DNA of 64,000 nucleotides, from NCBI GenBank assembly GCA_951406725.2, contig OX597833.1:15128001-15192000 (forward strand), read 5' to 3'. Under the pieces are notes generated by a model. The model did no database searches and was not told the origin of the DNA. It saw only the letters and a list, made by a program, of their open reading frames with translations. Below are positions 1 to 13,612 of this stretch, piece after piece. Numbering within the stretch: the stretch's first letter is position 1; the number at the start of each line of letters is the position of its first letter. The stretch is from Octopus vulgaris (lineage: Eukaryota). Both the position numbers and the translations under genes were made by a program.

Positions 1-546
1 CTTATGGTAGTGAAATAGTTAGTTTTAACTACTATTTCTAAATTTCGGTATATGGGGAAGCAAATATTTGCTGAAATCTAATTATGATTATACTCATAAA
101 TATAAATTTTTTGTTTAAGTTTACCGATAATGGTTCTTTTAACATAGCGAACTATTTGGTAAAATTATTATTTATTAATTAATTAATAAATTTAACATAT
201 ATATATATATATATATAAGAGAACGAAGTGTACGTACGCCGCTATATATATATATATATATATATATATAGATAGATGTATATATGCAAAAATACAAAAT
301 GGGACAAGAACGCAAAACATCCAGAAGTCGATACAAAAAATACGGACAGGGCATTCGAAGCTTTTAACCTTCAGTCAAGAACCGGATTATCCTCGCAATT
401 TCGGCTGATTAATCTTGAGATTGCTCAAATCAGGCTACCCCCAAGGAAAAACTAAGCTAAGAGCATTAGATTCCTTCGATAAAAAAGTTTCCAATGTATG
501 CGAAACAAGGACGGAAAAACGGACGATGTTACACGAATATAAATAA

Positions 547-587
<41 letters not shown>

Positions 588-758
588 TTGGTATACATTA
601 TATACATATATATGTGTGTATGTGTGTGCGTGGATGTGCATATGTATGTGCAAATATATGTTAGAAGTCCTTGGCATACAATATTACGTGCTCAAGCAGT
701 TGTTGGTATACGTCTACATGCATAAACACTAAAGGTAACATACATATTCTGTTAATAG

Positions 759-898
759 TCTTTTACTTGTTTCAATCATTTGGCTACTGCAATATATACG
801 ACGGGCTTCTTTCAGTTTCCGTATAACACATCCCCTCGTTTCTATAGTAGAAGACACTTGCTCAAATTGAGACTGAATCCGGTTCATAAGCAAGCATT
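759..898 (-). mobile_element. SINE-A, degenerate and internally deleted
   Basis: Reverse complement carries pieces of the SINE-A head (caagtgtcttctactatag, ggaaactgaaagaagcccgtcg) and tail (gaaacaagtaaaaga). Confidence 0.7.
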
Positions 899-984
899 CT
901 AAAAGCGGAAAGAAAGACAACAAGAAAAAAAACACAACAACATAAGGACATATTACATGCAAAGCTGAGTGGACTGGATCAATG

Positions 985-1085
985 TGAAATAAAATCTCTT
1001 GCTCAAGGATACATTGCACTGCCAGGAATCGAGCTTGCGATCTTAAAAATGTAAGCCGATTACCTTAATCACTAAGCTACGTGCG
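985..1085 (-). mobile_element. Old tRNA-headed SINE 5' fragment (CORE-like)
   Basis: RC has A-box/B-box-like motifs followed by tccttgagcaagagattttattt. Related pieces lie at 24680-24860 (+) and 44725-44825 (-). Confidence 0.55.
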
Positions 1086-1126
1086 TTTTATGTATTTATA
1101 AATGTATAGTATTTTATATACAACTA

Positions 1127-1295
1127 TGAAGGAGTGGATGTGTGGTAAGTAGCTTGCTTACCAACCACATGGTTCCGGGTTCAGTCCCACTGCGTGGCAC
1201 CATGGGCAAGTGTCTTCTACTATAGCCTCGGGCCGACCAATGCCTTGTGAGTGGATTTGGTAGATGGAAACTGAAAGAAGCCCGTCGTATATATG

Positions 1296-1351
<56 letters not shown>

Positions 1352-1640
1352 TGTGTCTGTGTTTGTCCCCCTAGCATTGCTTGACAACCGATGCTGGTGT
1401 GTTTATGTCCCCCGTAACTTAGCGGTTCGGCACAAGAGACCGATAGAATAGGTCTTTTTCTCCGTTTTTAGAAAGCTTTCTTATGAACCACATGGCTGCG
1501 GGTTCAGTCTCACTGCGTCACATTTTGAGCAAGTGTATTCTACTGGGTTTACAAAGAATATATCCTGGAGTCGATTTGCTCGACTATAGGCGGTGCTCCA
1601 GCATGGCCGCAGTCAAATGACTGAAACAAGTAAAAGAGTA
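1127..1640 (+). mobile_element. SINE-A (tRNA head, internal TA/TG microsatellite, CR1-type tail)
   Basis: Head ggagtgg..gtgtggtaag..gggttcagtccc; tail ggcggtgctccagcatggccgcagtcaaatgactgaaac. Contains an extra partial head piece at about 1452-1545. Confidence 0.9.
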
Positions 1641-2784
1641 TAAAAGAAAAGAGTATATTATTTTATATACACCTATGAATACAGAATTTATCGTGGAAAA
1701 CTTTCAACATAAACACGCCGAGACAAGTGCCGGGCTACAGTGATTTTCTCTGAGAGTATTTTACAAATTGATTTTAAAACTGTATCTCAACTCTTATTTC
1801 TCTATTAATTATCCACGGAACATCCATATTCAGTTTGTTTTACCATCTCTATGACCTCTATGGAATTCAATTGTTGACCTAATGAATTGCGTTCAAGTTT
1901 CTTCATATTTGTTCAGCTACAGTTTCAGGTATCCTATTAGAAACTTGGTTGAATTATAAAGTCACAATTAAATATATTCAAATGTGGGAGAGTATTGTCT
2001 CAATGTGAATACAAATTATAGATGAATACAAATTACAGATGTTTTTTTTTTCAATTTTGCAATCTTTATCATTTTATTTGTAATTAAATTAGTAAAAAAA
2101 AACTTAAGAGCAATCTTATATTTGTATATCTAGTAAAATATGATGATGTATTAAAAAAAAATACTAAGAAACGGAAAGTAATGGTTTATTCATTTAAAAT
2201 TATCTTTTGTATAAATTTTAAATTATCTTACGTATGAATTTTATATTAAATGTATATAATTTACCTTTTATGAATGATCTAAACGATAGGAATCCTGTTA
2301 CTAGAAATCTCGTCAAAATGTGTTCTCTAGGAAAAATTGTAATGTGATCATAAATAAATGTTAATGTACGTAAGGAATACATTCCGGTTTAAAACAATAG
2401 GTTATATTAGAAAGAGTCTTCTCGAAGTGTTGTAAATGCGAGGTCTCTAATACTAAAAGATCCTCAAAGTATCTCAAATTTCTGAATTGTCCTCAATACA
2501 TTTTGAATTGTGATTGGTTTCTATCCAATTCAACTTTGATTTCGGTTCCGTATAGATGGGTTTATGGTGTAAGTGTGTTTACGGATAGCATTGTGTAAGC
2601 TAACGTATTTCCGACTTGTTAATATTGAAAACATATAGGTTTTACACATGGTTGTGTAGAAAGAAAAATTTAGGTGCAAGAAAAAGGAAAGCACACAAAA
2701 ATACAGAGACGATTCCTTTGGGCGTAAATTGTGATTGCTATTTCGGTGCGACTTCAAGTAAAAAAAGTATGAAACTTATCATCC

Positions 2785-3202
2785 TATTTCTTTACTACCC
2801 TCAAGGGGATAAACACAGAGAAGACAAACAAGAACAGACAAACGGATTAAATCGATTATATCGACCTCAGTGCGTAACCGGTACTTATTTAATCGATCCC
2901 GAAAGGATGAAAGGCAAAGTCGACCTCGGCGGAATTTGAACTCAGAACGTGAAGACAGACGAAAAAACCTATTTCTTTACTACCCACAAGGGGCTAAACA
3001 CAGAGAGGACAAACAAGGACAGACAAACGGATTAAGTCGATTATATCGACCCCAGTGCGTAACTGGTACTTAATTTATCGACCCCGAAAGGATGAAAGGT
3101 AAAGTCGACCTCGGCGGCATTAGACCTCAGAACGTAACGGTAGACGAAATACCGCTAAGCATTTCGCCCGATGTCCTAACGTTTCTGCCAGCTCGCCGCC
3201 TT
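2785..3202 (-). mobile_element. SINE-B dimer
   Basis: Full monomer plus a headless monomer. Direct repeat ttatcatcct on both flanks (TSD). Confidence 0.9.
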
Positions 3203-4018
3203 TATCATCCTAATTTCATAACGAACTTGAAAATAAAATTACTTTTCAATTAAGAACGAACATGTCAATTTAAGCTCAATATATAGTACACTTCACTCAT
3301 GATTTCAAACTAATATTCATATTTTAAAATTGTTTCGCCAAGAATTGTTTTATAATGTTACTTCTCGTCAAAATTGGAAAAAAAATTAATCAACACTAAT
3401 TTAGAATTAGAATAATAAATGTGAATGGGTAGTACCAACTCCAAGACAGTGAATTAAGACAAATTAATCAAGCATATCTGTCTATTATATATTAATCGAA
3501 TTGGACATTAAATATTCATCATATAGAAATTTATTCACTGAACAAGTACTTATTTTTTATTGAATACTTTTAATATTGATTTTTTGCATTTAGAAACTAA
3601 ATCAACAAAAACGTAAAATTCTATTAAAAAAATTAAATATAAATGTAAGCAGACTGCTTTTAACACAAACTGATTGAAATATATTTGATGCAGTAATTTC
3701 TGACTGCCTTCATTAAATTCAAGTATTATTGCTTTGTTGGCATTTCTGCGGTTCGGTTCGTGTGTCGCATTGTTTTTTATATGACTCGTAACAATTTATA
3801 AGTTATGCTTTTTCATTTGCGTTTATAGTGTTACGAGTTTTGTGTCGGTAACTATTGTTTTTGTCCTAAAAATACTTTGCAGTTAAATATTTGACCAGCA
3901 GGTAAATGCGGATGTGATAAAGAACTTCATTAACTGAATCTGGTTATGCACAAGGCAAGGAAGTGGGAGGTGCAAAAAATATTTCAGATGGAGATGGTAT
4001 TTCAATTACAAAACATTA

Positions 4019-4806
4019 AAGGCGCCGAGCTGCTGGGAGAAACGTTAGCACGCCGGGCGAAATACGCAGCCGTATTTCGTCTGCCATTACGTTCTGAGTT
4101 CAAATTCCACCGAGGTCGACTTTGCCTTTCATCCTTTCGGGGTCGATTAAATAAGTACCAGTTACGCACTGGGGTCGATGTAAACGACTTAATCCGTTTG
4201 TCTGTCCTTGTTTGTCCTCTCTGTGTTTAGCCCCTTGTGGGTAGTAAAGAAATAGGTATTTCGTCTGCCGCTACGTTCTGAGTTCAAATTCTGCCGAGGT
4301 CGACTTTGTCTTTCATCCTATCCGGGTCGATAAATTAAGTACCAGTTACGCACTGGGGTCGATTTAATCGACTTAATCCGTTTGTCTGTCCTTGTTTGTC
4401 CTCTCTGTGTTTAGCCCCTTGTGGGTAGTAAAGAAATAGGTATTTCGTCTGCCCTTACGTTCTGAGTTGAAATTGCGCCGAGGTCGACTTTGCCTTTCAT
4501 CCTCTCGGGGTCGATTAAATAAGTACCAGTCCCGCACTGGGGTCGATGTAATCAACTTAATTTGTTTGTCTGTCCTTTTTTTGTCCTCTCTGTGTTTAGC
4601 CCCTTGTGGGTAGTAAAGAAATAGGTATTTCTTCTGCCGTTACGTTCTGAGTTCAAATCCGCCGAGGTCGACTTTGCCTTTCATCCTTTCGGGTTCGATT
4701 GAATAAGTACCAGTTACGCACTGGCGTCGATGTAATCGACTTAATCGGTTTGTCTGTCCTTGTTTGTCCTCTCTGTGTGTAGCCCCTTGAGGGTAGTAAA
4801 GAAATA
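4019..4806 (+). mobile_element. SINE-B tetramer (Meta/MESC-like central domain)
   Basis: Four units joined at gaaata|ggtattt. Flanked by TSD gtatttcaattacaaaac. Central gcctttcatcctttcggggtcgat..aagtaccag resembles the MetaSINE domain (from recall). Confidence 0.92.
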
Positions 4807-5154
4807 CGTATTTCAATTACAAAACGTTATGTGAGTTGTAGCGTTCTAACAGATTAGAATTCAGGAGAAGTCTATTATGTTTCGGGATATTTCGGTTACT
4901 AGTACGCTTGTGGCTCGCAGAAAACATTCCAAATTGCTCCTGGTTAGTTGTTTCTGAAGAAACTCATTTAAATGTAGCACACCTGGTGGAAGTTATCGTT
5001 GTTGGTCAAACTTTATAGAGGTCAAGTTTTTCAGTGAAGAATTACGTTACTTTTGGTTTCATTTGTTTATTCCAGAACATGTCCAAGCTTAGTTTCCAAC
5101 TGATTAGATCAAACTAATACATTTACTCCTGATTTTCACGCAAGTTGTGTGTGT

Positions 5155-5156
<2 letters not shown>

Positions 5157-5240
<84 letters not shown>
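5157..5240. repeat. (CA)n(TA)n microsatellite
   Basis: Directly visible. Confidence 0.98.
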
Positions 5241-5814
5241 TGATAAATCGCAGTGAAACTAATTTCTGTCGTAAACATATTCCAAGTCTATTAAAGTTGA
5301 ATAGTAGTCGATTAGTTATTTATCTTTTGTTTCATAAACATATAATATTCCATTATTTGTTTACAGTCAAATATTTTTCCACTACAAGTAAAGTCGCTTC
5401 AGCAATAAATTAATTTATTTCCTTTAATACGATTATAAATCCTAATTTACAAATCAATGCTGATGAGAATTGATAATTAATAACCTTCAAATTTTTAATT
5501 ATGCTTTCACTTATTGAGCTGCAATTTGAATGATAGGGATTATTTCATCACCAAATTTGCGTGATGATGAAGATAAAGAAGGCTTACAATATGCGCCTAA
5601 CACATAGAAAGATATTTGGCGTATAGTTTTGGTTATTTTTTTACCGAATAATTATTACAATTTTGTTATTGAATGTCCACATTCATTGAAGGAATAAACG
5701 GTAATTGAAACATTAAATAAAATAATACAGATATAAAGAGGACCAAGAATATATTGCGTTCCCATATAAAATTATATTAAATAATGTCCTGCTTTTAACG
5801 GTGGAACGCAAAGT

Positions 5815-5900
<86 letters not shown>

Positions 5901-5904
<4 letters not shown>

Positions 5905-6188
5905 GAGGCGCAATGGCCTAGTGGTTAGGGCAGCGGACTCGCGGTTTCGATTCCCAGACCGGGCGTTGTGAGTGTTTATTGAGCGAAAACACCTAAAAGC
6001 TCCACGATGCTCCGGCAGGGGATGGTGGTGATCCCTGCTGTACTCTTTCGCCACAACTTTCTCTCACTCTTTCTTCTGTTGGCCTGCTCGCTTAGCCAGC
6101 GGGGTGGCGTCATTCGAAGGCTAAAACAATGCGAACGCATTGTGACCAGCGATGTGTAACAACATCTGATGGTCTGGTCGGTCACGTG

Positions 6189-6196
<8 letters not shown>
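5901..6196 (+). mobile_element. SINE-C, tail type 2
   Basis: tRNA-like head gtggaggcgcaatggcctagtggttagggcagcggactcgcgg..ttcgattccc; tail ends gtcggtcacgtga. Inserted in (TA)n. Confidence 0.9.
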
Positions 6197-6219
<23 letters not shown>

Positions 6220-7538
6220 CAATAACCGCATGTATGCACTGTCGTAATATCTCTTAAAACCCACTCTCCTTAGGACTCAAACCTAATTCTCCTGCAATAA
6301 ATGACTAATATTCTATCGTTAGACCAAAGCAATTCTTTAAAATTTTCAGCTCATTTTAGATTTCCTTATACGAATATTTTACTTCCGGTTTTTTCCAATC
6401 GAATAGGATTTTTTTAAACTCAGTATATAAACAGTGTTATAGCTTTTATCTCCTTCGAGTTACGTCGTTAAAATAGTGTATTAGTCCGCGTCTCTCCAAG
6501 CTGCTCGATTTTTATGATGGTTTAACATAAATAGAGACCCGCATTCTTACAATTTATATTCAGATTATTTGCTTCATTTTCAGAACCGTATTCCTTCACA
6601 TTAAAAAATATTGATAATATTAGCATATGTGTTTAGTGGTGTAGGATCAGTCTCAGCAATGATACTGTATATAGTATCTGGAGATTATATTTAGGGAATA
6701 TACCTAACGAATATTCGTCCCATTTGTGCCTTGCAGCCGACAAAGAATTTGCCTAGAACAAATATGTAGAGTGTTTGTAAGAGATAATCAAGTAATGTCA
6801 GACAATATTTGTGATGCGAGTGCTAATCTTTACATATTTGAGGAACTGAGACGAAAAGAAAAATAAATAAAAGCTGCAGAGCCAATCACTGGCATCACCA
6901 TACGTTGAGAGAGTCAATAATGACGCCCCACACACGTTTATTTACACGAGGCTATACACCTGCCTACGGACAACATTGTGGAATGACTTTGAAAACATCT
7001 ACGTCATTTGCACCTTGAAATTGTATTTTTCATGGCAAGGCCTCTCAAGATCATAACACATTTCACAAAGCAATATCACAGAGAAATAGACAAACGTACA
7101 CACATACATACACGTACACATATACATACACGTACACACATACATACACGTATACTCTCAAGAACGTACATACTCACACAGACAGACATATATAGATGTG
7201 TGTATGGATATATGACGTAGATATGCATTTAAGTACCTATCTACATTCGTATAAAGCGGTGTAATGTTTCCCAACATGTTTATTCTGCCATAAACATACA
7301 TTGTGTGTGTGTATGTGTGTGTACGTAGAGAGAGAGGGAAAGAGAGAGAGGGTGAGAGAGGGAGATAAAGAGAGAGGGAAAGAGAGAGAAGTAAGAAGAT
7401 ATAGAAGAAAAAGGGTGTGAGCTGACAACGGAGACAGATATATACAAATTGTGAACGAGTATATTTTACAAAGGATGGGACACAAATGGCACAACCACAG
7501 TCGTACTGTACCGGATTTAGATGAGACATCTATAATAA

Positions 7539-7569
<31 letters not shown>

Positions 7570-7571
7570 CA

Positions 7572-7852
7572 TGTGTAGTACCAGGCAGTGGCTGTCCTTG
7601 CCTTTTAACTGATTGAAAGTGTTATCATGTACATTGTTTTGTCATGGTGGGAAATATTCTGCTCAATACCACAGATTTGCTTTTCAGTTGTTAGACCTTA
7701 ACCAGTTGAGCATGTCCCTTAGTGGCTGACGATATGTGCATCTCTGATCACGAGCAGAAGTAGTGGGGGATCATCATAGCCATGTGTTGAGAGGGATTCT
7801 TTTGGGTCTGGATAATTCACCTCTGGAAATATGGGTGTTTCGTTCAACATCC
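7572..7852. repeat. Unclassified interspersed repeat next to (TAA)n
   Basis: Shares gaccttaa.cagttgagcatgtccct...gtgcatctct with 52105-52195. Confidence 0.6.
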
Positions 7853-8010
7853 TTTTGTGCATGATGGACTACTCGACCCCAATGCGTAACTGGTACTTAA
7901 TTTATCGACTTCGAAAGATGAAAGGCATTTGCATTTAGAACGTAACGGCAGACGAAATGCGGCTACGCATTTCGTCTGGCGTGCTAAGGGTTCTGCCAGC
8001 TAGAGCCTTA

Positions 8011-8012
8011 TA

Positions 8013-8059
<47 letters not shown>

Positions 8060-8165
8060 AATAATGATAATAATAATAATAACAATAATGATTATTATTA
8101 TAATGATGATAATAATAATAATAATAATAATAATAGTAATAATAATGATAAAAATGATAATAATA
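8011..8165. repeat. (ATG)n/(ATA)n microsatellite
   Basis: Directly visible; source of the poly-M/I/H/Y ORFs. Confidence 0.97.
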
Positions 8166-9830
8166 AAAACATATATTCCTTTCTATTTTAGGCATAAAGT
8201 TTGCTTATTTAATCCAAGGGATGAAAAACAGTGTCAGCCTTGGCCGAATTTGAATTCAGATGACGAAGTGTGGCCTAAACGCCACTGAACATTTTGTCCG
8301 AAGTTATAGTAATCCTGCCATGTCGCAGAATAATCGCAGGAATAATCATAAGACGCAGATAAGGGGGAAAAAAGGAGACATAAAGGATAGAATTTCGAAA
8401 GAAATTTGACTTAGACAGATCTTTATGTCTTGTCTGTGTTTGAGTGAATGAGTGAGTGTTTGTGTGTGTGTGTGTTTGCGTGCATGCGGACGTTTGTGTA
8501 TGCGTTTTTGCATGGGGTTTTAGTTCCATTAAATGGACAGTTAGCTTAGATGCATTTCAACACAGAAAGTAATGGAAGACATTAAGTCTGACGTTTTAAT
8601 CTAAATAGATTTACATGTTTATTTTACTTTTTATTCTAAAATTAGATTATAGAGCTTCCATAGTCGCTTGGCAATTCTCTCATTAAATTTGAGAAAACTG
8701 ATAAAAACTATGGAATGCTTCTGCTGATAATGGTTTGTGAAAAATACGGTGCGATTGTCACGACAAGTAATGGAAAAACGTGTATCCAAACTGTAGGCTT
8801 CCGAAACAAAGTCACTGGTTTTAGATGGTAAAATGGCACATGATACAAATTAAACCAAGATTTTCTATCTCCACAGGATTTAGGAAACAAATGGTGCAGA
8901 AAATTTCATTTTGGAACGCATTCGATATCTCGGCTGTTCTAACTAAATTTCTGGTATTTGTGATTTCAAGTGTCTTTGCTTGCTCTTGATATAAAATGTA
9001 GGGCACTATTTGTAGCAGTAAACCAAATATTGCCAAACGTTTAGGTGATGCATGTGTCAACCTTTAAATGTTTGTAAACCTGAAGCAGAGAGGAAAATAA
9101 ATCATACGGAAAGAAGTGGTTACTTTAAAAGCTAGGCAAAAATTGGATTGAAATTTGAAGGAGGGAAGTCACAAGTAATTGAATGTTGAATCTTCGAAAT
9201 GTAATTCTGAATGCGGTTAGTGGAGGCGATTTTAAGTAGCTTAAAATGTTGTCAATTCATTTGGCGTTGAGATAATAACCAGCGTGTAGGACTTTTAATT
9301 ACTGTAGAGGTGACATTACGGGTGATCGTAGATTACTGCTTGTAATTTAAGAATAGCTTTTACAACATTAGGAGCAACAAGTACTATAGTGGAGAATTCA
9401 AATAAAGACTAAGAAGAAACATTGTATATAGCAATTATAATACATGACTGGCTTAGCACTTAAGCTGCTCAGAGAATTAACAACGTAGGTTGCTGAATTG
9501 TATATTTATGTCCTATTTCAACAACTGTATCCTAATTTTCAAACATCAAGTTTACACGCGAACTTTTCAGATGACTTGATTAGTGCAGAATTAGCAACTG
9601 ACTTTCAGGTAGGTTTGGCATAATATTTGAGTGGTTATTTGAGCGAATCATGAAAATCAACAGGTTGTTAGAGTTTCTACAAGACGATACAGTCGAGCCC
9701 CGCCCACTGCAAAATGATTTACAGTAAAATTTCTGAAACCATAAACGCTGAACGATTTACAACATCACGCGAACAGATATTTCATAAGCTTCGCTCAGTA
9801 GATATTCTCAACGGTATTATGACCCATATA

Positions 9831-10246
9831 AGGCGGCGAGCTGGCAGAAACGTTAGCACGCCGGGCGAAATGCTTAGCGCTATTTCGTCTGCCGCTACGT
9901 TCTGAGTTCAAATTCCGCTGAGGTCGACTTTGCCTTTCATCCTTCGGGGTCGATTAAAAAAGTACCAGTTGCGCACTGGGATCGATATAATTGACTTAAT
10001 CCGTTTGTCTGTCCTTGTTTGTCCTATCTGTGTTTAGCCCCTTGTGGGTAGTAAAGAAATAGGTATTTCGTCTGCCGCTACGTTCTGAGTTCAAATTCTG
10101 CCGAGGTCGACTGTGCCTTTCATCCTTTCGGGGTCGATTAAATAAGTACCAGTTACGCACTGGGGTCGATATAATCGACTTAATCCGTTTTTCCTATCAT
10201 TGTTTGTCCTCTCTGTGTGTAACCCGTTGCGGGCAGTAAAGAAATA
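9831..10246 (+). mobile_element. SINE-B dimer
   Basis: Same junction gaaata|ggtatttcg. TSD ggtattatgacccata at about 9813 and 10247. Confidence 0.92.
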
Positions 10247-10634
10247 GGTATTATGACCCATAACTGTTTTCAAAGTTATTCCCATCTGAAGATCGACAAT
10301 AAAAAGAAGGTTCACACCACAGGTTACATAAAAACTACACCAATGGAATAAATTTAGGCACAGTGATACAATAAGATTTAAATTAATTTCACTACTTATT
10401 CGCTCAGACTAAAAATATAAAATGCATTCTGAATTTTACAACAAAATCTCCTTTGAGCTTAATATTTTGTAGTAAAAAGTAATTTAGAATTGAATTTGTT
10501 TGAACTAGTTAACATCACATGGACTCTGAAATCATGGACATTGGTAAAAGAAAAGCATATCTGCAAGTTTCCGTGAATGATTACCCACAAAGCAGAAATC
10601 AGATTAAATTCAATGACATTGTACGCTCCATTGA

Positions 10635-11296
10635 CAAGTTGACATAGTAAGTCCATTGATGATGTAGACATGTCCAAGATAGTCAAATAATTCACTGCTT
10701 TTTGCTTCCCGAAGAACATAGATCATCAATTTGCTCGTAGATGAAACGAACTTGACTTTTATTGGAGTAGATGCGGAGGGGGTGTTTCCACTGCATGGAT
10801 TGCCTCAAATGATGAACACAACATTCATACTGGCTTAGGAAACGTTCAAAGCATTCAGCTGAATGTGCCTAAGGCAACGTCAAATTTTTCCGTGATGTGA
10901 TCAGCCTGGTGCGTCTTTTATGAAGTGTCAGAAGAGGCGTCACCCCCCCCCCGAACAGAAACATTCGTTATATCAAGTTTATACTGCAGAATATTCTCAG
11001 CCCTTTCACGGGATATGCTAATATCATTGCGCATTTGATTTATAGTCAATCTCCTGTCATCCATCAGCTTGTGGTGAACATGTTTTCCTCTGAGGTTGCA
11101 AGATCCCCGGAACTTGGTTCATTATCTATACTCTCCCCACATTTCCTAAATTCAGTTGCCCCGTTTTGCACGACTGATAAAGCTCGAGCATCAATCCCAT
11201 AATCTAGTAACTATATCTGCATGAATTCCTGAGGTGGGGGCAAAGTCTTTTTGTCTGTAGGTACTTGAAAACACAACGATGTCAAATTTCGTTCAT
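10635..11296 (-). pseudogene. Decayed mariner transposase, N-terminal half (irritans/Himar-like)
   Basis: Manual RC translation across frameshifts: MNEI*HRCVFKYLQ..GESIDNEP..MDDRRLTINQ..ISISRERAENIL..QSMQWKHP..DYLGHVYIING, matching mariner HTH and QSxQW/DYL motifs. Confidence 0.8.
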
Positions 11297-11779
11297 TTTT
11301 TTTTTAGAGATTTTCTCTGAACAATTAAATGATAGCTTAGCTGTAAAGAAACAATTCAGTTATTAAAAGGATTGTTGAAATACATTCAAAGATTCTTTCA
11401 TTGTCATCTTATGAAATTTCCAGCCCTCCTTCGTATTACACTTGAGTATAAGGCAGGTCATTACACAAAATTTTGGAAAACGATAGTACTAGATGTTACG
11501 ATAGATATTGTACCACAGATTTTCAGAAGCACGGTATACTGTATGTTCATCAGACATGAATGAATTCAACCTAACTGAAAAATCTTTGTATCCCCTAAGG
11601 CTATTCTTATCCGTTTTCCTGATCTCTTTTGAATATATTACAGGCAAAATATTGTGGAATATATTATCCACTCAATTCGAAAGAACAGAAGATGTGTGCT
11701 TTATTGCTTCCATTTCCGGAATCCAGTTCGTTTAAAGAAATAGCAATTGATAATGGGGAATTGCGCGATATAGAGTAGT

Positions 11780-12088
11780 TATCACGTGATCACGTGACCA
11801 ACCAGACCATCAGATGTTGTTACACATCGTTGGTTACAATGCGTTCGCATTGTTTTAGCCTTTGAATGACGCCACCCCGCTGGCTAAGCGAGCAGGCCAA
11901 CAGAAGAAAGAATGGGAGAAAGAGTGGTGAAAGAGTACAGCAGGGATCACCACCCCCTGCCGGAGCCTCGTAGAGCCTTTAGGTGTTTTCGCTCAATAAA
12001 CACACACAACGCCCGGTCTGGGAATCGAAACCGCGATCCTCCGACCGCGAGTCCGCTGCCCTAACCACTGGGCCATTGCGCCTCCACA
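11780..12088 (-). mobile_element. SINE-C, tail type 2
   Basis: RC matches 5901-6196. TSD tagagtagttat. Confidence 0.92.
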
Positions 12089-12267
12089 TAGAGTAGAGTA
12101 GTTATACGCACAATAAATGTTGCAGCAGATGATAGCGAATACAATTACACAAAATAAATTGTGGCCATATTTCTGGGAGAAGGTATGAAAAGGAAAACGG
12201 TCTCCGGTCGCTTACTCTTAATAGAAATATTAGAGATACTATTAAGTTACGTTGAGCATATTATGGA

Positions 12268-12639
12268 TGGAAGCACTCCGTCGCTTACGACGACGAGGGT
12301 TCCGGTTGATCCGATCAACGGAACAGCCTGCTCGTGAAATTAACGTGTAAGTGGCTGAGCATTCCACAGACACGTGTACCCTTAACGTAGTTCTCGGGGA
12401 TATTCAGCGTGACACAGAGAGTGACAAGGCCGGCCCTTTGAAATACAGGAAGTAAGAGTGAGAGAAAGTTGTGGTGAAAGAGTACAGCAGGGATCACCAC
12501 CATCCCCTGCCGGAGCCTCGTGGAGCTTTTTTAGGTGTTTTCGCTCAATAAACACTCACAACGCCCGGTCCGGGAATCGAAACCGCGATCCTACGACCGC
12601 GAGTCCGCTGCCCTAAGCACTGGGCCATTGCGCCTCCAC
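12268..12639 (-). mobile_element. SINE-C, tail type 1
   Basis: Tail ends gacggagtgcttcca. TSD tgagcatattat. Confidence 0.92.
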
Positions 12640-12889
12640 TGAGCATATTATAATCACCCTTCACACAAAGATACGTGTCTATTAACAATTACTGAAATTA
12701 GTGCCTCTATACAATAACATACTATGCAAAAGACTTACAAGAAAATGCTGATACATTGAATATTCATCCGCAAGTCCTATCAAAGCTTTTATGCACATTG
12801 ACGCAGAACAAGTGAATAATTTTCTCAAGATTTGAAAGAGCATGCGCAAATGCGTTTCTTTAATGAAATAATTATCAATTAACCCATAT

Positions 12890-13612
12890 AAGGCGGCGAG
12901 TTGGAAGAACCATTAGCACGCCGGATGAAATGCTTAGCAGTATTTCGTCTGCCGTTACGTTCAAATTCCGCCGAGGTCAACTTTGCCTTTCATCCTTTCG
13001 GGGTCGATTAAATAAGTACCAGTTACGCACTGAGGTCGATGTAATCGACTTAATCTGTGTCCGTCCTTGTTTGTCCCCTCTGTGTTTAGCCCCTTCTGGG
13101 TAGTAAAGAAATAAGTATTTCGTCTGCCGTTACGTTCTGAGTTCAAATTCCACCGAGGTCTGCTTTGCCTTTCACCCTTTCGGGGTCGATTAAATAAGTA
13201 CCAGTTACGCACTGGGGTCGATATAATCAACTTAATCCGTTTGTCCATCCTTGTTTGTCCCCTCTGTGTTTAGCCCCTTCTGGGTAGTAAAGAAATAGGT
13301 ATTTCGTCTGCCGCTACGTTCTGAGTTCAAATTCCACCGAGGTCGACTTTGCCTTTCATCCCTTTCGGGGTCGATTAAATAAGTAATCGACTTAATACCT
13401 ATGTCTGTCCTTGTTTGTCCCCTCTGTGTTTAGCCCCATCTGGGTAGTAAAGAAATAAGTATTTCGTCTGAGTTTAAATTACGCCAAGGTCGAATTTGTC
13501 TTTCATCATTTCGAGGTCGATGATTTAAGTACCAGTGAAATATTAGGGTCGATGTAATGGAATCAGCGCCTCCCTCAAAATGGCTACCCTTTTAGCAAAC
13601 TTTGAAACCATT
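12890..13612 (+). mobile_element. SINE-B array: three young-tail units followed by an old-type body and tail
   Basis: Junctions gaaata|(a/g)gtatttcg at about 13113, 13297 and 13457. The last unit is diverged and ends ccctcaaaatggc..tttgaaacc. Confidence 0.88.

Noticed and set aside
287-545. TA-flanked insert as another ribozyme element
   Set aside because: Context resembles the other inserts, but no convincing core or inverted arm was found on either strand.
5457-5505. Hammerhead at ctgatgagaa
   Set aside because: No GAAA after the stem and no helix I or III pairing.
11505-11560. Minus-strand CTGATGA..GAAA..GTA
   Set aside because: Helices II and III do not pair.
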